Shown one piece after another: positions 28,201 to 40,200 of a stretch of DNA of 64,000 nt. The notes beneath the pieces are model-generated. The model saw nothing but the letters and a program-made list of their open reading frames with translations, was not told the DNA's origin and did not search any database. The position numbers and the translations under genes are program-made. The stretch comes from Phoronis australis (Eukaryota; Animalia; Phoronida). The stretch lies in the NCBI GenBank assembly GCA_002633005.1, contig NMRA01000280.1:16080-80079 (forward strand), read 5' to 3'. Position 1 is the first letter of the stretch, and each line of letters starts with the position of its first letter.

Positions 28201-31200
28201 TATTGCTATATGTTGTTGGCTATGTAAAACTCCCACAGTGTTGTATTTTCACACAAAACAACATTTTTGCCCAGCAAACCCTGGTGTCTTCATGCCTCAC
28301 CAAAGTTTCAAGGAATTGTGATTACGAAATACCATAGTGTATTTAACCATGTCATTTTGTGATTATACGGTATTTTCCTGAACTTTTGCCCATTCTTGAT
28401 TTTTATGCATCCATGTATCTCTTCAATAAGCAGCCTTCCACTGGATCTTCTGTGGGGATTGCTGTCTGTCACTGTAGGCAATTTAATCTGAGGTGTAGTA
28501 TAAGAATTAGTGCACACTGGAAAATCAGTAGTGCTTGGTAAATGTTCATTCTTCAAACATCGACTATGCAGTGTAATGCAGTGTCAACACTATTGGAAAA
28601 TAGTCCTCTTGCCTAATTCCTTAAAGTCTTTAACTTAAAATGCCAATGTGGCTCCAGTATCCGAAAATATTTAATAAATAAAAGCATAATTTCGATACCT
28701 TTTCGTTATATTTTTTTCGCCTTTCGTACCACAATCGTTTTTTCCTGTATTTGAACCTGTTCAGTGAGCAGATAATCACCGACTGTCATCGGTTATTTCC
28801 GTACCCACATTTCAAGCTCGTCAGTTCAGGAACTAATGTCCTGAACGCCGCCATTTTTCCTTGTAATTTAATGCGCTATCGCTTGTTCGAAAAGTCTTCA
28901 TTATTTTGTTTTATTAGTTATATCTCGTGATTCGTTTGTATGTATAGTGTATTTATAGTTCGTAGTTAGTGGTCTTTAAATTTTTTTGGAATGTTACTCG
29001 TGCTTTTTGTTTATTATGTTAAAATATCATTGGTGTTTAATTCTTGTTACGTAGGGCGGTCGAACCTAGAAACCAATATGAGTTGAACCAATTTTTTTTT
29101 CGTTTTGAAAAAGTACTTTGCTTTCATTCAGGAAAGATAATGCATCGTACTCAGTAAAAATAGAAAAAGTATCAAAATCGGGGCAAGCAGTGCAAAGTTA
29201 TTGCAATTTTTTGGCGAAATTTAGGTCACTTTGTTTGGATGGGGTTGGCCATCTTGGATGACAGCGAGATAAGTTATGAGTTTAAAACTTTGTGTAATTT
29301 TTTTTCGCCAACAATTTACGGTGAAATCTAGTGAGACATATCTTTACTTACTATTTCAGACTCGCAGTTGTTACTTATTACCGTAAGTGATAAATGTGCT
29401 CACAATTTCCATTGCACTTAGTCTTATTTCTGTCGGTACCAACATCATGGCGACTTTTGCTGAACTGAAAGGCATGTTCAACCGGTCACTTTGTAATTTG
29501 TGAAGATTTAAAGGACAATGCCACCCAAAAAACAAAACATATTTTGTATCAATTTAGATCGAGTAGTTGTACTCGACAACGTCACGTTCGGTTACGTTAC
29601 CTGACACCTGACGGCAGACTGAGGTGTTGAAATTATCCAATGACGTCATTGGTTTCAAACGCAGTCTGTTCAGCAGTTCACAACATGGGTTACAGGTGTC
29701 AGCTTATCGCTTGAATTCATCGTTTAACACCAATAAATTATCAAACTTCGATGTAAAACCCTTAAAAATACACCGAGTTTTTATGAAAACGTGTTGTTTT
29801 ATTTCGCGGTTACGGATTTACTGGAATTTGGACACACCGTAGCCTGCAAAGGTCGGCAGGCCAATTTACCAAGGTCCGTAGCACTGATGAGTTCGGAGAT
29901 AAATTCGAAGTATTCTTCCGTGAAATACAGACAGGAGAACATAGATCTGTGTTGTTATACATGTGATTTTTTTAGCTCTAAACACACAAAACGCTTGTCA
30001 TCCCGGCCAATGGCTCGGAACCCGATCAGGCCCGTTGCGGCCGGACTTACTCGTTATCCCGGCCAGTGGCTCGAAACCCGATCAGGCCCGTCGCTGCCGC
30101 CGGAACTGGCACGAATATAAACCAGCTTGAGTTGAAAACTAAACCTCCAGTCACGAAAAGACTATTATAATAGTGAGCCAAAGAAATAACGTGCACGTAA
30201 TTATTTAATGTGAATTAGCCACGAAACTGAAAATCTACTTACTTGTCGGGGGCCGCGATGTCGGGTTGCCCTTCCACAGACCGTCAGGGCAAAGGTGGTA
30301 CAGTAACAATGATTTGAATAATGTATTTGTATTTCTAAAATAAAGATTCCCCTAACATGTGACCATATCATATAAAATCGAGTAATTGTTTCACAACAGC
30401 TTTATGTCAGCAAACACAGAATTAGCATGCGCTCTCACTTCCTCGGTGCCCGGTCAATTACCTTTGTTGCCGGCATCAAAAGCCGGTAACGCAGTGGTTT
30501 ATTCATTGCTGGCTTCTCAAAACATTTGCACTCACGAGCACTCCAAGGCATTACAAATTGTATCTAATGAGACTTTGTTTCAGCTTTATATAAGCATTGG
30601 TTAGGATGAGAATAATTCATTTTGAAACAGAACGCAGAATAATAAACGTCTACTAATAAACGGCATCTCGCCCCGTGCCAATCCCGACTTAGTCAAGAGC
30701 TCAGGTGACGAAGACTTCACGGGTCGGATCGTTAGGTTTCACAGACTGAGTTCGAACCGGAATACACTGATCAAAATATACTTAAGAGACGCCGTGAACT
30801 TGCACAGGCAACGAAACATATGGATAATTCTTTGGTAAGCCAGAATTCATCAGAGAAATTACTGTCGACGAAATGCCGGCCACAGACACGGAGATGTTTC
30901 ACGGCCTCGTACTTGCTATGAACAGCCTTCCTTTCATTCTTCACTACCGCGAACCACTTCCTAGGCATTTCGAGGAAGTCGAAAAAACGATATACCCGCT
31001 TTCTTCGCAGCTTAATAGTTCGGACAAGCGGGAACGATGCACCGCAATATATTGGCATTTACTCTGCAGACGTCGCTGCATCGTTTCTCACCTTCCTCAC
31101 AGGTTAACGCAACACCTCTCGGCAAGGTGAGATCGACCGTATAAGAGGCGATATTGATATAGACCGATTAAGACGGTAAAAAAGACTAATTAAATCGGGT

Positions 31201-34200
31201 GGCATTCTCCTTTAACGTTGATACATTTTGACAATCGTTACATATAAGGAACTTTGTTCAATTTTCATGTTTTTGTGCAAAAAGATAAGGTCTATTCGAA
31301 TTACCGTAAACGTTCGGGTTAACGCCCTGGGCGGTTAAATTGGCAAACCCAAAAAATCGGGGGTGGGCGGTTAACCAGACATGGGCGCTTAAACGTGAAA
31401 CTTCAAAAAATCCAGGGTGGGCGGTTAACCGAACATGGGCGCTTATCATAGTGCGACAGGCAAGCGCCCTGGGTGGTTAATCTTACCTTGTGATCTAAGT
31501 ACCCACACCACACACGTAGTCGTAGGCCTACTCGGAACGCGTAGCACTTTCAAAGAGCGTTATCGTCACGTCGCCACATGACGGGAAAATGTCATAACAG
31601 CGGATGATCCTAACAAAGGTTATCATGCCCTCAGATTAGTTATTCACTATTAAATTTACAGAATTGCTGAGTAATAGCCCCGTGCCGTCCTGCGGTCTTG
31701 TTATTTAGCCCTGTAGTGTAGAGCGCAGACGACCAGTGACCACGCAGCCTCTACTTGGATTGCAACTATTTCATCTTGCTAAAGTGCGCGCGTGCAAGCT
31801 TCACGTGTTGCAGAGGTCACAGCAGACATCAGATTTATGGTTACAGTCTCGTACTAGCTGCCAAGTTCATAGTCAGAGAGCAGTTTTAAAATTGGTTGTA
31901 ATAAAAGTTTGAAAACCTTAATTCAGGTTTTTTTTGTGTTTGGGATGTTTATAGTCAACACTCCGTGACTCAATGACATTTTCAGCGTATGGTTCTGTGG
32001 CTTGCTGTTTTATCTCGACTGCCCGGCATTGCTCACTTGCCGTTGCGCCAAACATGCTCGGCAAAGAAGTAGGCCCAAGACAAGAATCGGGGTTAAGCGG
32101 CCGTGTGCCACTCGTCAATCAAGAATAAAATTTCGAGCCACGGCATAAATATGTGATAAAACGCTACAAAACAGCGATGTTTCAATTCATAAACGATCAC
32201 CTTACCAAACTTCGTGGTGGAAAAACATTTATTTTTCATGCAAGATGTCCAGATTATCCTATTTATATCACTTGCAATATCGCACTGCGGCACTGTTCGG
32301 TCCCGTTGTTAGCGCGCAATGTCTCAGTCGGCTGACAATCGTGACTTGGAAATGCCGTCAAGTAATATAACGGCCTCTTTCAATATGCATCTCGTTTTTT
32401 ATGGCCAAAGATAGCGGCGGGATTCAGCACGCGCGTAGGGCCTACGTGCGAGTCACCTGTCAATCACATGTTGGTGTCAAGGTAACATGCACTCCAAAGT
32501 GTGGGAACTTGCGCGCGTGCACCACTACAAAGTCACACATCAAAAGAGAATAGCGACAGTCCTAAGTAACAGAAACGGGCGTGACTATATACTTTTAACC
32601 ATTGTCTCATTTCTCTGGCCTGATTTTTTCGAATATATGTTTTATCAAGTACACTGCAGACGAAAACTCAGCGCGGCAGACAAAGTCGCTGAAAGCGGAG
32701 GTTTTGACGCCGGCGGCGTTCTTAAACTTTGCAAACATGGGAAGAAAATAAAGTGACAAAAACGTTCAAGTATTATATTTTGAAGTGAGTCCATGACCCA
32801 AGACAATAACTCGTTACTTGTATAATTGCAATTCACATTGATAAACCACCGTCTCGGAGGCCCGGCGTCGTTGCGCTCATTGTGATCATCGTTCTTTTTC
32901 TAAAAGTCGGGGAATCGCGCATTTCCTTAGCACTGGGCGCTAAATCTTCATTCTTTAAAAGTCGGGGATGGGCGCTTAACCGAGAGGTGGGCGGTTAAAT
33001 CGAAAATCCACCTAAAGTAGGGGGTGGGCGGTTAACTGAGCATGGGCGTTAACCCGAACGTTTACGGTATTTTACTGTGAGTTTCCCATTCAGGTGATCT
33101 TACACTAAGCTAAAAAATAGTTGCAATAATTTTGAGATGGTTTTTTGTTTGACTGTCAACTGCTGTTCAAGGCTTCATTAAGTGTCACAAAATGATTCAT
33201 ATTTTTCTAAATTTTAAATCTAAATTGCTTTAAAATCATGTTTTGTAACTTGTTGTTTTCTTAATTCAAGCTATCAAGTCAACAATATTATGAAGAATCT
33301 TAATTAGAGAAATAGGCTATATTGGATTGTGAAGCTTCAAGCCTCCAATTCTTGTTACTTGCAACTTTATGTTTTTTAAATCATGTAAGGAAACAGTATT
33401 CGCTCACCATGGTAATAGTTACGTGCATGTCCACTTTCATATCATGAAAACTTGTGCTGTTGGACAGTGTTTGTAATGCTTAAATGTTATAAATTACTGT
33501 GCATTCTAAGTTACTTATTATGGTATCAGGTTGAATCATTTTGGCTTACATAGCGTTCCTATACTGAGATTATTTCAGTTTTGACTGTTGTCTAGTAGAT
33601 ATAAATGTCAACTACCTTCAAAGTCTTTAAGTAGTAATACACTTTATTCACGTTAAGACAAATTACGATTAAATAAAATTAGGGCTTATGGAAACTCTGT
33701 GAAGAAACTGAAGCCAAATTAAAGAGTTCCGACTGAAAGCACTTGATTTTGATTTGAACTATGGAATGCCTAAATGATTAAATCATAATCGTCCTCTGAT
33801 TTGTTCTTTCATTTCAATGATTAAGTTACCAAAGCATGATATGATATAATTAGCTTGCCATACATAATATGTTCACTAGCATCTTCACGCTTCTTGATGC
33901 CTTGGGTTCACTATTATTTCAATAGATTAATACATCAATTTAAAAATCATCGCACAGTTGAAAACCACGTTCACTGGAAGTTTTTCATTTCATGGGTTCT
34001 TGCAATTCTGTTATTGAGATTTCCACCTTCACTCAAATTACAATTATCAATGTGGTTCAGTTGTAAGGTCACTTCTTTCGTACTCACTACTTAATAAATG
34101 AAAAATGATAACATTTTGTATTGGACTTGTCATACTTATGTGCTCGAATGAGCCCTCTATTTGGAGAAATGGAAAAAGGTTTGCCTCAGGCAGAGAAGCA

Positions 34201-37200
34201 AGAACTCCGAAAAAAGTAGAAAACGAGACAAAAGTCCACTAGAAGGCAGGAAGTACCAAAATTTGGCTTCTGCAATTCATAGCTCTGAACATACCCAGTG
34301 AACCTTATAGTAAAAGGTACACATTCACAAAAAATCGAGCCCTCCAATTTTTAGGCTTGGTGTACTTATGCAAAGTCTGGGCAAATCTCACTTGAAAGCC
34401 CACAACTTTGCACAGTTCACCAGAAGACCCCAAGTTTTAAAGAAACCTCGTTTGAGCGACTACTGTGGCCAAGGACCAGGTAGGCCTAAGGGTAGTCTTG
34501 GGGCAAAGCTGTATACTAACAAGCTGTATTTTGACGATATGTCGTCATACTCAGCTACCGGTAGCTGGCACTAGAGGCTAGCTAACCTAAGGGCTGCCGC
34601 GGCAGTGTTGCACTGGACTAACCGGCCCGTAATTTTATGCAAGTGTCTGCTAACAGACACTGCTCCTGTCGCACAGACGGCGTATTCTAAGCCTGGGTTC
34701 CTGAATGAATTGTACTTCCGGGTTCGCGGTAAGTTCTATCGCAAGCTCCGCCCCTGCGAAATATCCACAAACAAACAATAAGAATTACCACGCAACGTGT
34801 TGTTTGTCGGGTAAAATGGCAGCTTCGAAACGAAGGTGTTTCAAGAATGCTGCGTTCTAGTTGGTCAGTTAAGCCGTCACTCAAAATCCAGGCGATAGGT
34901 CAATTGTGAGTGGCGCGTTTACTTAAACTTATATGGGGTAGGTACTTCTTAGCTCCTTATAACATCATCTAACCATGTAATAAGGGTTAAGGTCTGTGTG
35001 CTTCTTGAACTTTGAGTTGGGTATAGGTCACCATTGTATTGTCACAGAAGAGATGTATGGTTACAGTTCATCAACCCAGATTAAGGTTCTCCTGTTATCT
35101 GTTGTTAGCAGATGAAACTGCGCTGTCAGAATGGTATTTCTTTATGAATCCCTCAGTGAAGCCATGCCGCTGTGCCATCTAGTGGCTATATCTACATAAT
35201 TCCATTGAGGATCTTAAGCTGTGTTCCTAAAGCAGGGCTAGTTGAATTACACACATGGTCCATGGTTTCAACTTCTGCATGCATAAGGTGTGCAACGTAG
35301 CGTACTGGCAAAGAGCTAGGTAGATTAAACAATCCAAATCGAATTGCACTCTATGGAGAAGCATGCAGTAATAAAATGTTGGTTTCTCTTAAGATAAGTA
35401 CATGACCAAAGCAGCTCTGGGTAATATTTATTCTGGTATATTTATGCCTCATAAATAAGTGAATGCTGCAGAGTTGTTTGGATGTGAAAGTTTCAGATTA
35501 TTCACGAGGTTATCTTTACTACTGGGGATCTATTGGCTTCCGTTGTCAATCGATGCCAGTGTGATTGGTGATAGTAATAAGTTGCGACTATGATATTAAG
35601 TCTTTAATGGGTAAAATTTATTACTTGCGTTTTCTTTATATAAAATGAATGTGGGGTACATGAATTTCGTGTTCCACGCAACATGGATTTTTATTTTATG
35701 AATAACTACAACATCGTGGCATCTGACGTACAATACAGTAAAACTCATTTTCATATTACTGCATTGATTCATACATTTATTACATGTTTGATTGCCAGGC
35801 TCCCTGGACTACTTGTTGAATACATTTGGAAACACTGTGGAGATGAAGAAGATAATTAACCTTTTGACCTATGACCTGCCTACTGTGTTTGAAGAGGCCT
35901 TGGTTGATGTTGTCTTTGACCTTGTTGTGGTATGTGTGTACAAACCTGGACAGCATGATGTTTCAATCACACTCGCATTATCTATGTCTTGATGGGGTCA
36001 TATTAAATAGAGTCATCTATCTTACACCTTGTGCTATGGTCTTTGGCTGTCTACGCTAAATGGTGCTTTCAAGAAATTCAAGTTACCTATAATAGCCAAC
36101 ATCCTACGTGCACCTCCTAAGCCGTGAGAGTGCGAAAACCATTTTCGCTTGGCCCACTTTCAAATTCTGATGTGTATGAAAGGCAGTTTCTGTCATTCTT
36201 GGAAATTTTGTGATATTGGAAGTTTTTAATGATAAATTTGTTGATCACATTGTGCAATGTAGTATTTATTTGGTGAAAAACTGTGAAAATAAATTGAAAT
36301 TCCAATAGCTGCCTTGAATCCTACATCCAAATCACTAGTTGCCTGTTGGAGCTGGCAGTTTGAACGTTTCCAAACAATTGATTCTGTTGTCATTCGGTGA
36401 TGGAGGTATAGTATAGGATTGCCATATAATGTCGTGTTATTCCAGTTGGGCAAGTTCACTAGAGCACTGCAGCATGAGGATGCATGTGACCATTCGTCCA
36501 GCCTATATAGTGTGATTGGTGACAACCCCCTGACTCGGCTGGTCTGTAGCTTGGACACTGCCAAGCTGGAGAAGGAATTGGCCAATCTGGCTGCCAACAA
36601 TAAGATGGTTAAGGCTCTCTACCAACTGGTAGGTATTGGGACATGGAGTGTTTTTGTTCAATGCTGATTTCCTTGTGAGGTGCTGGACTTTTTTTGAATG
36701 GAGTGTGTGACTAGGTCAACCTCTTAAGGATTTCCTATGAATAAGACTGCCCTTTCCTCATGAATATTGTTCCTAAAAGAGGGACACTTTTGTGGGCAAT
36801 ATGTCTGTGAAAAAAATAAACGATTGTCTAAACGACACTATCCTATGCTTAAAATACCCAATTTGTCACTTTTATTTCTCCACCTATAAGATACCTCGAA
36901 TACCTTGTTACTATTGAGAAAAAGGCGATAATGGGGAATTGACCTTTTGAAGGTTTATCCCGGCACACCAGCTGAAGGAGACTACATAAGCAGGACCATG
37001 TCAATCCTCAAAAGCTTACATGTATATTGATTCAGATCCAATGTCTTGCTGAATGATTGCCACAACCACCTGCACTTGGGGGTCGTTACAGCAGGGCATT
37101 GTACCATGTAAAACATTTTGAAGTTGTTTCGGTCATTTTGAGTGTGCGACCCCAGCCAGACTAATTATAATAACAGTTTGCAGATGGAAAGAAGAATGTA

Positions 37201-40200
37201 AATCCATCATGTGTTCTAGAGTAAGAGGGATGGGTTCAGTTGAAAACTATATGTAGGAATAGACAAGAGGCATTAGGAACAGCTACAGTGAGTGGCCCAG
37301 CAACATACCGTTTGCAAAATACTGTAGGCGCATGTCAATACCTCGGCGTTGCTCTTGTTCAATTTTCACGTTGTGAGTGCTCATAACTTTTTCAAAAATT
37401 TGGCTGATCTTGATTAATCTTTAGTACAGAACCTGAAAATGGCAAAGAAGGTACTATTCTTATATTTTATGGAAAAGTGAGGAAACTAATTTCCCTGCCC
37501 ACTGTATTGTGTCCTTAAAAGGTTCCTGAAGTGCGATAACATGCATTTTTAGTGTCATTTAATTTATGGATGAAGTCTGTATCAGAAATCCCATCTTTGT
37601 TATTCTTACACTTTTTTGTAAAAAAAGCATTTTTCCAATGTTAATTCCTATTGGCTAACGCGCGTCTGACATATCACGGAGGCTGCACCATGGGTGAAGG
37701 CTGCTGAGATAAATCAAGCTTATTATGTATATAGCTCATTGGGTGAATGCCTCTCGGCTACAGAACTGTGCTTAAAGGCGAAGGCAACCTTTTTCCATGT
37801 CATTTTGAGCTAAAATAAGGTTAGTTGATTATCCTAGACATATTTTTCATTTAATTACAGCTTTTCGTAATTTTATTAATTACTCGTCGGCTTTTCCGGA
37901 AGTGACGTTTTAGGAGGCAAGCGCTTCCCGCCACTTGGTTTTGCGTTGAGCTTACTGTGCGAATCTGTTCTATTCTACTTTTGTTTTGTGCTATTTTTCA
38001 CCAATTGTCGCCACCACTTTCCATCGGCGAGTATTCTGCGGCAAGATAGGTTAGTAGAGAACTCAACTGCGTTGGATTTAGGGATTGTTTAGTGTGTTGT
38101 AAGCTGAAAATGGCTGGAGTCGGTGACCCGTATCACAGTGACAGTAGTGTGAGTGACGGAGACCTTGTTCACAGCAGTGGTGACGAGGAATTTTTTCACG
38201 GACATTCAGTGGGTGGGTACATGTTTGAGCCCGAGTACAACGAGGCAGAGTACACACAGGCACAGGCAGCTGTTGAGAGAAACGAGGCGGCTACTGAAGA
38301 CAGACGTGGTGACACATCTTGGTGCAAATGCACTGTGTGCGTTGTTATGCCTACCTCAATTGAATGCTTGTGCTGTTCCGAGTTCCACATCAATTATCTT
38401 TTTGGTCTCTTCCTCCATTAGAGTGTATGTGGTATACTTGGCGGACCGCCCTGGTGAGTCAGACAAGTTCTCCTTCTCCATGAATTCCGCCACCAACTCG
38501 AGATGTTGTGACATGTATGCGTCATTGACAACTGGTATTAAATAGGAATTCTGAATGTTGTTGAATGTTGTTTTCGAAAAAAAACTTGACTTTTCCAAAG
38601 TCCATCATTGTCTTCACCGACTGAAACGTGTTTCCAGTGAAGAGCACACCACTGGACATGGTTAAGTGGACCTCCGGCATACCACGGACAGAGGAACAAC
38701 TGTCCCACTTGCCAGAGTGTCCCGTGACACACTCCCACTGGATGGTGACCTGAGCACCCAAACTGCTTACATTGTGTCGTGTGACTCCCTCGCCACACAC
38801 CTGGCACCTTCTAAATAGCTCCAACACTTTAGACAAGTCCACAATAAACTTATCAAAGTTTGGCTCACCGATCTGTTCACTGGACGACGAACTGTCCTCT
38901 TCACTGGGTGTCGAACTGGGCCTGTAATCACTCCCACTACTCAATATCGCTGCAGGGCTGCTTAGAGGCTCTGGGCTGGAGAAAACAGCACAGGGCGAAT
39001 CACTACTGGTTCCAGGAATTGCACGCTCTGGGGTACGTTCGGAGGCACGGGTGACAGTAGATGAAGTGCCTCCACTGGCTCCAGTCACTGTACTGGCCAC
39101 AGCTCGCGAGGCTTCTCGCTTCAAAAACGCACTTCTCGGGGGTGGCGACGGGGCACTGCCGGGAATCAACACAGACGGAATGGCATCCTTCTTCAAGCGT
39201 TGTTTCGCGGGGACCTTCATCAGTTCAGCGTACAAATCCCTTTCGTAATCGGACGGCAGAAAGTGCTTGCCACACACACGGTAATTCTCCACTGCTTTGT
39301 ACGTTGCGTGGACGGGTAACGCTGCGTTCTTCACACGAACGAGCCAAGTACGGCGAAGTGTGTCATCCATCGGAAAGCGATGCAAAGGCACTCCCAAAGC
39401 GCGCGTGAGCCGATAATTACTACATCCCGGTACGCAGCAACAGTGTGGCATGTTGACTGACTAGTAAATGAAAGCGAACGACGACGGAACTTAACACAAC
39501 CGAGGTAGAACAATGACTGACTCGGCAGCTCTCACAGTCAGACTATGTGAAAAGAAATTGGCGGGAAGCGCTTGCCTCCTAAAACGTCACTTCCGGAAAA
39601 GCGGACGAATAATTAATAAAATTACGAAAAGCTGTAATTAAGTGAAAAATATGTCTAGGATAACCAACCAACCTTATTTTAGCTCAAAATGACATGGAAA
39701 AAGGTTGCCTTCGCCTTTAATGTGTATAATTCGTCTGCGATCTCGGCTCTCAAAAGTTCATAATACAACTTGACTTAACTGCGGTGTAGTGTTGACTAGT
39801 GGAACGATGCCGTTCTTGGGGTACCGACCATTAAAGGGCCCTGACCGGACTGTGTTGCCTTACCTTGGTGAAAGGTGTATACTAAACATCCAGCAATCGT
39901 TGCACCGATGTGGGTAAAAACTGATCAAATAAAATCTCTGACACAAAATTAGTGTCATTAGAAATTACACTCTTCCTTGAGTAAACTAAATTACTTACTG
40001 GTGTTCTGCTGTTCACTCTGCTGCTAAAATTTGGGTGCGCTCTTTAAGGTCGGCTTTTGGCGCCGTCACCTGTTGCCTTATTGGCCAGTTCCGTTCCCCA
40101 AGTTGTTCTTCTTCCAAGTATAACAAGCGATCAAACTCTTCTTCGAAATTGTGTACATGTCACAACAAATTATTGGAGCTGATTTCATTTCCTTACACAT

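Larger units (their letters stand above)
37776..39716. mobile_element. Kolobok-type DNA transposon, internally deleted (1941 bp), with convergent transposase and KolX-like genes
   Basis: TTAA on both sides (37772-37775, 39717-39720); termini AGGCGAAGGCAACC...GGTTGCCTTCGCCT; about 158-bp near-perfect TIRs (37776-37933 and 39559-39716); coding remnants as listed below. Confidence 0.9.

Noticed and set aside
16680-36628. Saposin-like domains in gene A
   Set aside because: Only a Cys pair per repeat is conserved, not the six-Cys saposin pattern
38092-38421. A host P2RX7 gene fragment
   Set aside because: No P2X transmembrane or ectodomain sequence; the motif lies inside a TIR/TTAA-bounded transposon
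38522-39451. A domesticated host THAP transcription factor
   Set aside because: Flanked by near-identical TIRs and a TSD, and a decayed sister copy lies nearby
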